The notes beneath the pieces are model-generated. The model had not been told where the DNA came from. It saw nothing but the letters and a program-made list of their open reading frames with translations, and made no database searches. This document shows positions 50,090 to 61,668 of a stretch of 64,000 nucleotides of DNA, piece by piece; the stretch's first letter is position 1, and each line of letters starts with the position of its first letter. Position numbers and translations under genes: made by a program. The stretch is from an uncultured Alphaproteobacteria bacterium (lineage in GTDB: Bacteria > Pseudomonadota > Alphaproteobacteria > Rhizobiales > Xanthobacteraceae), in assembly GCA_963807015.1 (NCBI GenBank), contig CAWEAS010000013.1:175897-239896 (forward strand), written 5' to 3'.

Positions 50090-51187
50090 CTATTTCATCG
50101 GCGCCCATTTCTGAACGCGTTTCCCGGTGTCGACTTCGCCGGTGTAGAAGTTGCCGCGCGAGTCGAACGCGCCGACATGCACCCAGTGGAATGCGCCGGC
50201 ATCGCGCCCGGGGTGTCCGAACGTCGCGATGATTGCGCCGTCGCTGGCGCGGACGGTTTTCAGCTCATTGTTGGTGCCGTCGATCAGCACGAAATAATTC
50301 TGGTCCGGGTCGAGCGGAGAAAACGCAACGCCCCACGACGAGCCGGAGCCGAGCGTCTTGGCATCGAACACGGACTGCCGCACGAAGCTGCCATCCTTGT
50401 GGAAGATCTGCACCCGATTGTTCCTGCGGTCGCAGACGTAGACGAGACCATCCTTGGCGAGCGTCACGCAATGCACCGGATTGGCGAATTGCGGCGAGTC
50501 CGGATTGGGACCCGTCACGGTGTCGTCGGTCGGCGGTTTGCCGTAGGCGCCCCAGATGCGCTTAATCGCGCCGGTCTCGGTGTCGAACACCGCGACGCGG
50601 TGATTGCCGTAGCCGTCCGCCACATACATCTCGTTCGCCGGCGCATCGAGCGCGAGCGCGGCGGCCTGGCCGAACTGGGTCAAATCCTTGCTGCTCGTCA
50701 GCGGGCTACGTTTGCCGATCTGCTTCACGAACTTGCCGTCGGTGGTGAATTTCAACACCATGCCGTCGTCCTTGCCGCTGCCGGTGAGCCAGACGAAGCC
50801 CTTGTTGTCGACGAGGATGCCGTGCTCGACCGCCGGCCAGTCGTAACCCAGATTTTCGCCCGGCCCGCCCCACGCCTTGACCACGTCGCCGGCGGAATTG
50901 AAGACCAGCACCGACGGCGCCGGCACGCAGCATTTCGACCGCGGCGGCGTAAGGGCCGCGCCCTTCTCGTCCTCGGTCAGCGAGCGCGGACGCTGGAACA
51001 CCCAGATGTTGTCCTGCGCGTCGACCGCCATGCCGCCGACCTGGCCAAGAATCCAATTGTTGGGCAGCGGCTTCGGCCACGACGCATCGACTTTGAAGGC
51101 GAGGCTTTCGGCATGTGACGACGACAGCGCCGCAAGCGATGCACTGCACGCGACAACCGCCCACACCCAGGCGCGTTTGATTTTCAT
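50090..51187 (-). CDS. Secreted NHL-repeat six-bladed beta-propeller protein (peptidyl-alpha-hydroxyglycine lyase-like)
   Basis: Signal peptide (MKIKRAWVWAVVACSASLAAL) and repeated YVAD/YVCD...N.RV..F blocks. Confidence 0.75.
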   Translation of the reverse strand: MKIKRAWVWAVVACSASLAALSSSHAESLAFKVDASWPKPLPNNWILGQVGGMAVDAQDNIWVFQRPRSLTEDEKGAALTPPRSKCCVPAPSVLVFNSAGDVVKAWGGPGENLGYDWPAVEHGILVDNKGFVWLTGSGKDDGMVLKFTTDGKFVKQIGKRSPLTSSKDLTQFGQAAALALDAPANEMYVADGYGNHRVAVFDTETGAIKRIWGAYGKPPTDDTVTGPNPDSPQFANPVHCVTLAKDGLVYVCDRRNNRVQIFHKDGSFVRQSVFDAKTLGSGSSWGVAFSPLDPDQNYFVLIDGTNNELKTVRASDGAIIATFGHPGRDAGAFHWVHVGAFDSRGNFYTGEVDTGKRVQKWAPMK

Positions 51188-51602
51188 TTCGGCTTCCTCC
51201 CGATCGTCTCTCAACGCCGTAATTTCGGCATTCACGGATGAACATCGACCTTGGGCAAATGGTAACGACTTTTCAGATGGCCCGGAAGTCTCCCAGCCCG
51301 ATCGCGCTGCCATGAGGATGCCCGCGACAAGCGTTCGACAAGCGCGGGCATGACGACTGGGAGCTGTTCTTTTAGACTGAGTTGCGCGACCGGTGCGCGG
51401 ACCGCGATTGGCTCGATGATGGACGGCGGACGCCGGACCGTCATGCGTGGGGTCCCCGTAAGGATCGGATAAGAATAAAGGGCGATATTACGCCCTGCTG
51501 GCAGCGAAGCGAGCGTGCGTCTCCTGCGGAGCGACCGTCATCGAACGGACGCAAACTCCGGTAGCGCACTGATGCACAGCATCACTTCGAGAGGGACGTG
51601 GC

Positions 51603-53315
51603 ATGGCGGCGGGCACTGACTTCATCCTCGACGCGTTGGTGCGCGAGGGGATCAATCATTTGTTCATGGTCCCGGGCGGCCTGATCGATCCGTTCCTGCC
51701 GGCGCTCGCGCGCCATCCCGAGCTGACGCCGATCGTCGCCGCGCACGAAGGGGCCGCGGCTTACATGGCCGACGGCTATGCCCGTGCGAGCGGGCGCTTT
51801 GGCGCGGCGATCGGCATCGGCGGACCGGGCCTTTGCAACATGGCGACGGCCGTGGCTGCGGCAAAAACCGACGCTTCGCCCGTTCTGGTCCTGAGCGGCG
51901 AAGTGCCGGTCGAGATGGAGGGCCTTGGCGAATTCCAGGATGCGAGCCAGGCCACGCTCGACGATACCGCGATCATGCGGCCGGTCACCCGGCTCTCCAT
52001 GACCGTCGCGAGCGCGAAGAACCTCAATCATTGGCTTCGCCACGGCCTGACGACGATGCTCGCCCAGCCGAGCGGGCCGGTACATCTCTCGATCACGCAT
52101 GATGCGATGATGCAGGAGTGCGCGGCGGCCTATGTCCCGGTCTCCAATTATTTCGCGGAGGCGGCGCCGCTCAGCCTGCCCGCAGCGGAGAAGGCGATTG
52201 CGCTGTTAGGCAAGAGCGGGCGCATCGCGATCCTCGCCGGTGCCGGCATCGAGCACGATTCCGCGGCTTCGGAGCTGCGCACCGTGGCGGAGCGCTGGTC
52301 GATCCCCGTCGCGACGACACTGCGCGCCAAAGGGGTGTTTCCCGAGGACCATGCGCTGTCGCTCGGCGTGTTCGGCTATGCCGGAACGCGCCACGCGACG
52401 GCGGCGCTGATCAGCGGCGACCTTGAGGCGCTGCTCATCGTGGGGTCCGGCCTCAATGAACGCGACTCCATGCACTGGACGCTGCGCGACAAATCGAAGG
52501 CGCTCATGATTCACGTCAACACCGACATGGAGGAGATGACGTCCCAGGGCCAACCCGGCCACGTCGTGCTCGGAAGCGGCCGCGCTTTTCTCGAATTGCT
52601 GGGCCGCGTGGACAATGGTCCAGCGACAGCGCTCGCCCAGAGCGCATCCGCCCGCAACACGTGGCTCAAATCGGTGAAGGCGGGGCCGCGGCTTTACGAC
52701 ACCGAGAATTGTCATCGGACGGCGAAGCCGATCCACCCGGCGGCAGCGGTGACCGCGCTGCGCAAAGCCTTACCGCGCGATGGCATCGTGCTCGTCGATT
52801 CCGGAGCGCATCGGGCCTTCGCCGGACATTACTGGAGCGCCTATGCGTCGCGCACCTATATCTCGGCGACCAATCTCGGCCCGATGGGCTGGGCGATCCC
52901 CGCGGCCGTCGGCGTGCAATGCGCGCAGCCGAATCGCCGCGTCGCGGTGATCACCGGCGACGGTTGCATGCACATGCATGGAATGGATGTGCAGACTGCC
53001 GCCCGTTACCGCCTGCCGATCATTTTCATGGTGCTCAACAACGGCGCGCTGGGCAACGTCTGGCTGCGCGCGCACCAGTACGGTGCGCTGCCCTCGGAGT
53101 TGACGTCTCTCCCCGACCACGACTGGGCAGGTTTTGCGCGCGCGCTCGGCGCGCGGGGCATGACGGTGGACGATCCCGCCACCCTCGATGATGCCTTCGC
53201 AAAGGCCGTCGCCGCCAACACCACGGTGCTGATCGACGTGAAGGCCGACAAGAACTGTCCGACGCCGGTCTATGACTTCAGCGCCGGCGCGCGGGCGTGG
53301 TCCTATCACGAGTGA
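51603..53315 (+). CDS. Thiamine pyrophosphate-dependent enzyme (acetolactate synthase / benzoylformate decarboxylase family)
   Basis: N-terminal Pyr domain (GINHLFMVPGG, ...HEGAAAYMADGYAR); TPP-binding motif GDGCMHM...NNGALG. Confidence 0.85.
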   Translation: MAAGTDFILDALVREGINHLFMVPGGLIDPFLPALARHPELTPIVAAHEGAAAYMADGYARASGRFGAAIGIGGPGLCNMATAVAAAKTDASPVLVLSGEVPVEMEGLGEFQDASQATLDDTAIMRPVTRLSMTVASAKNLNHWLRHGLTTMLAQPSGPVHLSITHDAMMQECAAAYVPVSNYFAEAAPLSLPAAEKAIALLGKSGRIAILAGAGIEHDSAASELRTVAERWSIPVATTLRAKGVFPEDHALSLGVFGYAGTRHATAALISGDLEALLIVGSGLNERDSMHWTLRDKSKALMIHVNTDMEEMTSQGQPGHVVLGSGRAFLELLGRVDNGPATALAQSASARNTWLKSVKAGPRLYDTENCHRTAKPIHPAAAVTALRKALPRDGIVLVDSGAHRAFAGHYWSAYASRTYISATNLGPMGWAIPAAVGVQCAQPNRRVAVITGDGCMHMHGMDVQTAARYRLPIIFMVLNNGALGNVWLRAHQYGALPSELTSLPDHDWAGFARALGARGMTVDDPATLDDAFAKAVAANTTVLIDVKADKNCPTPVYDFSAGARAWSYHE

Positions 53316-53327
53316 ACGGAGGCGATC

Positions 53328-53867
53328 ATGTCGGCCCTGCCCGATCCGACGGCGACGCTTACGGGCGAAGACCGCGCGATCTACGAGGACATCCTGGCGC
53401 GGCGGCGGGCGAAGGGGGTCGATCATCTCGGGCCCTATATCCCGCTCCTCAACCATCCTCAGCTTGCAAAGCTGATCGAGCAGCTCGGCTACTACTACAA
53501 ATTTGAATCGGTGTTGCCGCGCGAGATCTACCAGTTCGTTGTCCTGCTTTCGGCGAAGCGCTCGGGCGTCGCCTTCGAATGGGCCGACCACATCGCATCG
53601 GCCCGCGCCGCCGGCCTGTCCGATGCGCTCATCGACGGCATCGCGGCGGGGGCCGAACAATTTGCCGCGCCGTTCGACATGGTCGATCAGCTGGCCGACT
53701 GCGCCTTTGCCTATCGCTCGATCCCCGCGCCCTTGCAGGACGCCGCTATCGCCAAATTCGGCGTGCCCGGCCTGATCGAGATCGTCACCCTATGCGGATA
53801 CTACGCCCTGATCGGGATGGTGAACTGCTGCTTCGACGTGCCCTTACCGCACCGGCAGGGGCAATGA
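53328..53867 (+). CDS. Carboxymuconolactone decarboxylase (AhpD-like) family protein
   Basis: About 180-aa all-helical protein of AhpD-like pattern, lying 12 bp after the TPP-enzyme stop. Confidence 0.6.
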   Translation: MSALPDPTATLTGEDRAIYEDILARRRAKGVDHLGPYIPLLNHPQLAKLIEQLGYYYKFESVLPREIYQFVVLLSAKRSGVAFEWADHIASARAAGLSDALIDGIAAGAEQFAAPFDMVDQLADCAFAYRSIPAPLQDAAIAKFGVPGLIEIVTLCGYYALIGMVNCCFDVPLPHRQGQ

Positions 53868-53995
53868 CGCGCCCGTCCTGCACGTTTCAGCGGGAGGCGT
53901 GTTCGCCGAGCACGACGCCACCTTTGGTGCCGGTTCGCATGCTGTTTCAAATCAAGCCCGGCGTCGTGACGGTCTGCGGCATGAGCAGATGGCAA

Positions 53996-54024
53996 TTGAC
54001 ATCATAGGAATAGTCCTATAATAT
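53996..54024 (+). promoter_or_regulatory. Near-consensus sigma70-type promoter (TTGACA-n15/17-TATAAT/TAATAT) with no obvious downstream gene
   Basis: TTGACA lies at 53996-54001, TATAAT at 54017-54022 and TAATAT at 54019-54024. Downstream on the plus strand there is only antisense of the 54405-54788 gene, plus a 44-codon ORF. Confidence 0.4.
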
Positions 54025-54351
54025 GACTGCCGACATTGCCGCCACAAAGGATGAAAGATCGCTTTTATGGCACGCGAGCGCCAATTCCCTGCTTCCGCCA
54101 AGGATTACGCTGTTCTGTCGGCCCGGGTCGCGGCTTCGGCTTGGACTACGGTCTTGAAACTGCTGCGTGAATTGCGGAGCCATGCGCCGGCGGAAGGCCG
54201 ATTTTTAGGATTCCCTGTTATTTTCCCTGTTCTCAGGGAAAAACCGGCATCTGTGGGGGACCGTTTGCGACCGCATGGGAGGTTCGTGCTTGCGTTCCCG
54301 TGCGGCGTTCACGCCGCGTCCTGCCGCCTCCTCACGCCGAAGATCACCACC

Positions 54352-54384
54352 AAAAAAAGCGCGCCCGCCTTCCGGCGAGCGCGC
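54352..54384 (-). terminator. Rho-independent terminator of the 54405-54788 gene
   Basis: On the minus strand, the hairpin GCGCGCTCGCC-ggaa-GGCGGGCGCGC is followed by TTTTTTT. Confidence 0.75.
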
Positions 54385-54404
54385 TTCTTCGAGATGACGA
54401 TGCG

Positions 54405-54788
54405 TCAGTGCGTGACGACGATCGGCTCGCCGCTCTTGAACTTGATCTTGCCGACGTTCCATGAGCCACCCGGGGCGCCGCTGCGCAGCGGGTGGACCTC
54501 CAGCTTGACCTCATCGCCCGGCTTGAGCGTCTTGCTCGTCCAGCCGTCGCGAATGAGACCGCTCGGCGCGCCGCCTTCGAGGCTCCAGACCTGGCTGGTA
54601 CCGTCGGATTCCTTGACTTCCAGGATGATGAAGGCGTGCGGTGCCGTGTACTTCCATTCCTTCACGGTGCCGCTCAATTCGACCGGGTGTTCCTGATCGA
54701 ACATGGCAAAGGAGTGATGCGCGAGCGCCGTTCCGCCCAGAGCAAGAAGGGCTGCACCGACCAGAAGCGATTTCCTCTTTGAGTTCAT
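54405..54788 (-). CDS. Small secreted protein of unknown function (DUF)
   Basis: Signal peptide (MNSKRKSLLVGAALLALGGTALA), then HHSFAMFD...; 127 aa. Confidence 0.6.
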   Translation of the reverse strand: MNSKRKSLLVGAALLALGGTALAHHSFAMFDQEHPVELSGTVKEWKYTAPHAFIILEVKESDGTSQVWSLEGGAPSGLIRDGWTSKTLKPGDEVKLEVHPLRSGAPGGSWNVGKIKFKSGEPIVVTH

Positions 54789-54950
54789 TTATTTCCCCTG
54801 TGACCTTTTGAGGTTCGTCGGCCCGGCGGATGGTCCGGCGGTCGCCGCCGCGAGCCAATCATCGGCTCGATCAATTGACGCCGAAAAAGCACCGGCGTTT
54901 GAAAGGGTTTGTGCGCCTGCCGCAGGCGAGGGATTCTGCCGTTTGTGACG

Positions 54951-54981
54951 ATCGGGATTTCGGCACGCTCCCGATTTTTTG
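54951..54981 (+). terminator. Rho-independent terminator-like hairpin on the plus strand inside an intergenic region
   Basis: The hairpin ATCGGGA-tttcggcacgc-TCCCGAT is followed by TTTTTT. There is no annotated plus-strand gene upstream, so it may mark a possible sRNA or leader. Confidence 0.4.
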
Positions 54982-55143
54982 GCAGCGATCGCTCATATGT
55001 ATATCACTGTTTCGTGATTGAGAAGAGGCTATGCCAGCCTACTGCAACACATTCCGGCTATGCTCCGGCCCGGCGTTAAGCACGATCCGACGGCTAACGC
55101 GCTGGCGGTTAAAGCCGGCCGCATAATGATTTAACCTCGTGCC

Positions 55144-55956
55144 ATGCCGGAACCGACACCCCTTCCCTTGCCTGTCACGCGCTGCACCGCGCGCGCCATG
55201 CTGCTCGGCGAACGCATCGACACGGCGGGGCTCGAACGCAGCGACGTGATCTCGACCGCGCCGCTCGCCTTTCGCGTCGGCAACACCGGCTACGCGGTGC
55301 TGATGCGCTACGGCATTGTCGTGCTGCTCGGGCTGTCGCCGATCGAGGAGGATGAGGTGCTGCGCGGCATCCGCCCGCGCGTCATCGGTCCCTATGACAA
55401 GATCGAGGACGAGGTCGCGATAATCGACATCGTGCCCGACCGCGACGACCAGGTGACGACCGGCGGTCCGATCACCGTGAAGGATTTGACCCCGCCGCGG
55501 CTGCTGGTGGTCGCTGACGTGCTCGCGAAAAACGTCGCACTCGTGCGCGACGAGCGCGAGGTGAACAAGGTGCTCGAACTGATCGAGCCGTTCGCGACGC
55601 GTCTTGCCCAGACCGGCCGCGCACCGTTCAACCGCCGTCGCATGCTGCGGCTGATCGGCCAGATGCTGCTCGTCCACCAACGCATTTCCGGCCGCGTCGC
55701 GATCGAGGAGAAACCGGACGTGTTGTGGGACCGCAGCGATCTCGAGCGGCTGTTCGCGCGGCTCGCCGACGAATATGAGCTCAAGGAGCGGGCGAACGCG
55801 CTGGGCCACAAGCTTGCGATCGTCGACCAGACGACGCAGGCCCTCACCGACATCATCGACACTGAGCGCAGCGTGCGGCTTGAGGCCATGATCATCGCGC
55901 TCATCGTGGTCGAAGTCCTGATCGCGTTCTACGATCTCTTCATCCGCATCAAATGA
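55144..55956 (+). CDS. RMD1/DUF155 family protein
   Basis: Soluble N-terminal domain plus a C-terminal TM helix (...[23 protein letters not shown]), as in the DUF155/RMD1 family. Confidence 0.55.
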   Translation: MPEPTPLPLPVTRCTARAMLLGERIDTAGLERSDVISTAPLAFRVGNTGYAVLMRYGIVVLLGLSPIEEDEVLRGIRPRVIGPYDKIEDEVAIIDIVPDRDDQVTTGGPITVKDLTPPRLLVVADVLAKNVALVRDEREVNKVLELIEPFATRLAQTGRAPFNRRRMLRLIGQMLLVHQRISGRVAIEEKPDVLWDRSDLERLFARLADEYELKERANALGHKLAIVDQTTQALTDIIDTERSVRLEAMIIALIVVEVLIAFYDLFIRIK

Positions 55957-56858
55957 GCGCGACGGGCGCCATGCCGACCTCGCCCGCGAGCGGACATGAG
56001 GCGCGCTGGCAGCCCGAGAAGGTCGCGGCTTGCGCCATCGTCATCGCGCCGGCGCTGTGGCTTGCCTATCTTGCCTATGACGGCGACCTCGGCGTGCGTG
56101 CCGTTCACCAGGCAGTGCGCGACAGCGGCGATTGGGCGCTGCGCCTCTTCTGGCTCACGCTCTTCGTCAGTCCGGCGCGTCGCATTTTCGCGGCGCCGCG
56201 CCTCTTGCGCGCGCGGCGCGTTCTCGGGCTTGGCGCCTTCGCCTTCACGCTCATCCACATCGGCCTCTATGTGCTCGACCAGCAGTTCGCGTGGAGCCGG
56301 ATCGGCCTCGAACTGATGCTGCGCCTCTACCTCACAATCGGGACGGTCGCGACCATCGGACTTGCGGTGCTCGCAGCGACGTCGAGCGACAGAGCCTTGG
56401 TCGCCCTCGGCGGCGCGCGCTGGGCGAGACTGCACCGCTTCGTCTATGCGACCGCGGCGCTGGCGCTCGTGCATTTCACGCTGCGGTCGCGCACCGACAC
56501 GTTCGAACCGATGCTCATGCTCGGGCTCCTCGCCTGGCTGGTCGGCTATCGCCTGCTGCAGCGGCGCGGCCGCGATACGTCAGCGCCGCGGCTTGTTGTG
56601 TTGGCGCTCGCAGCGGGTGCCCTGACTGCGGGCGCCGAGGTCGCTTGGCACGCGGCGATGACGGGCATCGATCCGTGGCGCGTTCTCGCCGCGCAGTTCG
56701 ACGTGGACTACGGCTTACGTCCCGCCTGGTGGGTGCTGATCGCCGGCGCCATTGCCGCGCTCGCGACATGGCGATGGGGTGCGCCTCAGCGGGCGAGTTC
56801 GGCCATCAACGCCTCGAATGCCGCCTCGGGGGCAACGCGAGGCCAGTCGGCGAGCTGA
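55953..56858 (+). CDS. Ferric-reductase-like transmembrane protein (MsrQ/YedZ-like heme-binding subunit)
   Basis: Six-TM protein with conserved His in TM helices (...[11 protein letters not shown]..., ...[18 protein letters not shown]...). No msrP is adjacent. Confidence 0.55.
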   Translation: MSATGAMPTSPASGHEARWQPEKVAACAIVIAPALWLAYLAYDGDLGVRAVHQAVRDSGDWALRLFWLTLFVSPARRIFAAPRLLRARRVLGLGAFAFTLIHIGLYVLDQQFAWSRIGLELMLRLYLTIGTVATIGLAVLAATSSDRALVALGGARWARLHRFVYATAALALVHFTLRSRTDTFEPMLMLGLLAWLVGYRLLQRRGRDTSAPRLVVLALAAGALTAGAEVAWHAAMTGIDPWRVLAAQFDVDYGLRPAWWVLIAGAIAALATWRWGAPQRASSAINASNAASGATRGQSAS

Positions 56859-57724
56859 TGGCGAAACCAGGTGAACTGGCGCTTGGCATAATGCCGGGTG
56901 TCCTTCTTCGCCTCCTCTGCGGCAGCCTCGAGCGTGGTCGTACCTTCAAGGAAGCGGATGAGCCACGGCACCCCGTGCGCTTTCATCGCGGGCAGCAGCG
57001 GATCGAGGTGGCGCGCCGCGAGCGCACGGACCTCATCGATCGCACCCGCCGCCAGCATCGCGTCGAAACGCACGTCGATGCCGCGGTAGAGCACCGCCCG
57101 CTCGGGGCTGAGAAAAATGCGCGCGACGCGGGCCGGATCGAGCAGCGGCGCCATGCCTTCGCTGTGCCAGTCGGTGATCGAGCGTCCCGTCGCCTCCAGC
57201 ACTTCGAGGGCGCGCGCGATGCGCGGCCGATCGGCCGGCCGTAGCCGCGCGGCCGTCACCGGGTCGCGCTTCGCGAGTTCGGCGTGGAGCATCGGCGCGC
57301 CCTCGGCCTCGATCCGCGCGCGCACCGCCGCGCGGATCTCAGGCGGCACGGGCGGAATCGCCGCAAGCCCCGTGGTTAGGCTCTTGAAGTAGAGGCCGGT
57401 GCCGCCGACGAAGATCGGCACGCGCCCAAGGCGACGGGCCTCGTCAAGCGCACCCGCCGCATCGGCAAGGTAGCGGCCGACCGAATAATTCTCTGCCGCG
57501 TCGACGTGACCGTAGAGAAGGTGCGGCGCGCGCGCTTCCTCTTCTGCTCCCGGCCGCGCGGTGATGATCTTGAGGTCGCGATAGACCTGCATGGAATCGG
57601 TGTTGATCACGACGCCGCCGAGGCGTTCCGCGATCGCGACCGCAAGCGCCGACTTGCCGCTCGCAGTCGGCCCTGCGATAAGCACGGCAGTTTTGGCCCG
57701 CGCGGCGCTCATTTCATGACTCAC
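56786..57724 (-). CDS. miaA: tRNA dimethylallyltransferase MiaA
   Basis: P-loop [12 protein letters not shown] and the conserved DSMQVYR motif. Confidence 0.9.
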   Translation of the reverse strand: MSHEMSAARAKTAVLIAGPTASGKSALAVAIAERLGGVVINTDSMQVYRDLKIITARPGAEEEARAPHLLYGHVDAAENYSVGRYLADAAGALDEARRLGRVPIFVGGTGLYFKSLTTGLAAIPPVPPEIRAAVRARIEAEGAPMLHAELAKRDPVTAARLRPADRPRIARALEVLEATGRSITDWHSEGMAPLLDPARVARIFLSPERAVLYRGIDVRFDAMLAAGAIDEVRALAARHLDPLLPAMKAHGVPWLIRFLEGTTTLEAAAEEAKKDTRHYAKRQFTWFRHQLADWPRVAPEAAFEALMAELAR

Positions 57725-57729
57725 GTCTC

Positions 57730-58629
57730 ATGACTCACGTCGCCACCTTGATCGCGACTCCGGTTCACCCGATCACCGATGCGCTCGCCCGCGCCGCGGC
57801 CGACGCGTTGCCGGGCGCCGCGGCATCCGCGTGGCTCAATCCCGGCACCGCGATCGACATTCCGTTTAGCGCCGCCCGCGAAAACGACAACCGGGTCCTG
57901 GCAGCGCGCGTGCGCGCGGCGCTTGGCACGGTGCCGGTCGATATCGTCGTGCAGAAGACGGGCCCGCGCCGCAAGCGGCTTCTCCTCGCCGACATGGATT
58001 CCACCATGATCGGCCAGGAGTGCGTGGACGAACTTGCCGACTTCGTTGGCCACCGGGCCCGGGTCGCGGCCATCACCGAGCGCGCCATGCGCGGCGAGAT
58101 CGAGTTCGCGCCGGCTCTGCGCGAGCGCGTCGCGCTGCTCGCCGGGCTGCCGGGCTCCATCGTCGAAGAGGTGATTGCGAAACGAATCTCGCTCACGCCC
58201 GGAGGGCGGACGCTCGTCCTCACCATGCGCCGCGCCGGCGCCTACACCTGTCTCGTGTCCGGTGGCTTCACGGCATTCACGGATCCGATCGCCGCGCGGA
58301 TCGGATTCGAGGAAAACCGCGGCAACACGCTCATCATCGGGGAGGACGGGCGCTTCTCCGGCAACGTCGCCGAGCCGATCCTCGGGCGCGAAGCCAAGCT
58401 CAACACGCTCGTCGAACTGCGTAGCCGCCTCGGCTTAGGCGACGACGATACGCTGGTGGTCGGAGACGGCGCCAATGACCTGTTGATGATCAGCGCCGCC
58501 GGCCTCGGCGTCGCCTACCACGCCAAACCCATGGTGGCGGAGACCGCGAGCGCCCGCATCGACCACGGCGACCTCACCACGCTCCTCTACGCGCAAGGCT
58601 ATCGCCGCGAGGAGTTTGTGGAGGGTTGA
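57730..58629 (+). CDS. serB: Phosphoserine phosphatase SerB
   Basis: HAD motif I DMDSTMI, an ACT-like N-terminal domain, and motif III GDGANDL. Confidence 0.85.
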   Translation: MTHVATLIATPVHPITDALARAAADALPGAAASAWLNPGTAIDIPFSAARENDNRVLAARVRAALGTVPVDIVVQKTGPRRKRLLLADMDSTMIGQECVDELADFVGHRARVAAITERAMRGEIEFAPALRERVALLAGLPGSIVEEVIAKRISLTPGGRTLVLTMRRAGAYTCLVSGGFTAFTDPIAARIGFEENRGNTLIIGEDGRFSGNVAEPILGREAKLNTLVELRSRLGLGDDDTLVVGDGANDLLMISAAGLGVAYHAKPMVAETASARIDHGDLTTLLYAQGYRREEFVEG

Positions 58630-58635
58630 GCGGGG

Positions 58636-58732
58636 CCCGTAGGGCGGATTAGCGTAGCGTAATCCGCCGCTTGACCGATCGCCCGGCGGACCGACGGCGG
58701 GATAGGCCTTGCGGCTATCCCGCCCTACAGGT
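58636..58732. repeat. REP-like element with two nested hairpins
   Basis: Hairpin 1: gggcggatta-gcgtagc-gtaatccgcc. Hairpin 2: ggcgggatag-gccttgcgg-ctatcccgcc. The whole is flanked by ccgtaggg...ccctacagg. Confidence 0.7.
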
Positions 58733-58739
58733 CGTGTGA

Positions 58740-60287
<1,548 letters not shown>

Positions 60288-60509
60288 AGGGAAAATGGCG
60301 ATTCCCGTGGGCGCAATGTGTCACACTGCGCCTGCGCACGGCACTGCGCAAGTGCGTAATCACCCATCTGAATACGTTCAGATTCCGGCGGAATGGCGAC
60401 TTGTCGGCCCAATTTCAATACGTTGCAGAAGAGCCGGCATCTTGTTGAGACTATTCACGTTGCAGTGACAAGGACGGAAAAGACACAACGCTTTTGGCCC
60501 TTCGGTTCG

Positions 60510-60695
60510 TCATCCCCGCACAAGCCAGAGGACCGCAAGGCCGAACACCGCGCTCGCGAGCCCGATGGTCCGCAGCCCTTGGTCCGGGGTTTCGATCATC
60601 GAAGCGATCGCCCGCTTGGCGGCACCGGGGAACGCCGCGAACACGAGCCCCTCGATGACGAACACGAGCCCGAGAGCGGCCAGGAAGTCCGACAT
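60510..60695 (-). CDS. DUF2065 small membrane protein
   Basis: 61-aa protein MSDFLAALGLVFVIEGLVFAAFPGAAKRAIASM..., conserved downstream of hflC in alphaproteobacteria. Confidence 0.65.
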   Translation of the reverse strand: MSDFLAALGLVFVIEGLVFAAFPGAAKRAIASMIETPDQGLRTIGLASAVFGLAVLWLVRG

Positions 60696-60726
60696 TGCGA
60701 TCGACGGCGAAGGAGCAACGGCGCCC

Positions 60727-61668
60727 TTACTGAGGCGCCGCCTTGAAGTCTGATTTCGGCGCGGGCGCCTTGCCGTCTGATTTCGGCGCGGTCGCTGTCT
60801 TGCCGTCCGGATCACCGAAATATTTGAAGAAATCGGAATCCGGTCGCAGCACCAGCCGCGTGTCATTGGGGCGCAGTCCCGCCTCGTAGGCCTGCATGGA
60901 GCGATAGAAGCCAAAGAAGCTCGGGTCCTTGCCGAACGCCTCGGCGAAGATCCGGTTACGCTCGGCATCGCCTTCGCCGCGAGTCTGCTCGCCCTTGGCC
61001 GTCGCTTCGGCGACCGTGACCGTGACGTCGCGATCGGCACGGGCGCGGATCTCCTGGCTCTTCTGGGTGCCTTGGGCGCGCAGTTCGGCCGCCTCGCGTT
61101 GCCGCTCGGTCTGCATGCGCGCATAGACCGCCTGGCTGTTCTGCTCCGGCAAGTCGGCGCGCCGGATGCGCACATCGACCACCTGAATGCCGAACGCCTG
61201 TGCCTCGTGATCGAGTTGGGCGCGCACCCGTCCCATCAGCACTTCACGTTCGTCGCGCACGACGTTGATCAGCGTCACTTCGCCGAGCACGCGCCGTAGC
61301 GCGGAGTTGAGCAAGGTCGACAGCCGCGAATTGGCGCCCTCGATTGTGCTCACGCTCCTGTAGAACAGCAGCGGGTCGTGGATGCGATAGCGCGCGAAGG
61401 CGTCCACCACGAGCCGCTTCTGATCCGAGCAGGTGACTTCCTGCGCTGCGTTCTCGAGATCGAGAATGCGGTTGTCCACGTAGATCACCGTATCGATGAA
61501 CGGGACTTTGGTGTGCAGACCGGGGTTGGGTAGCGTCCTGATGGGATCGCCAAGTCGGACCACCAGCGCCTGCTGGGTCTGCTGCACGATGAACAGCGAC
61601 GTGGCTGCGATGATCAGCAGAACGATGATGATGATGGCGGCGACGCCGCCCCAAATGCCGGGTTTCAT
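60727..61668 (-). CDS. hflC: Protease modulator HflC
   Basis: SPFH/band-7 domain with an N-terminal TM helix. Its start overlaps the hflK stop. Confidence 0.9.
   Translation of the reverse strand: MKPGIWGGVAAIIIIVLLIIAATSLFIVQQTQQALVVRLGDPIRTLPNPGLHTKVPFIDTVIYVDNRILDLENAAQEVTCSDQKRLVVDAFARYRIHDPLLFYRSVSTIEGANSRLSTLLNSALRRVLGEVTLINVVRDEREVLMGRVRAQLDHEAQAFGIQVVDVRIRRADLPEQNSQAVYARMQTERQREAAELRAQGTQKSQEIRARADRDVTVTVAEATAKGEQTRGEGDAERNRIFAEAFGKDPSFFGFYRSMQAYEAGLRPNDTRLVLRPDSDFFKYFGDPDGKTATAPKSDGKAPAPKSDFKAAPQ

Noticed and set aside
54067-54696. 209-aa plus-strand ORF
   Set aside because: It is antisense to the signal-peptide-bearing gene 54405-54788, which has its own terminator, and it has no motifs.
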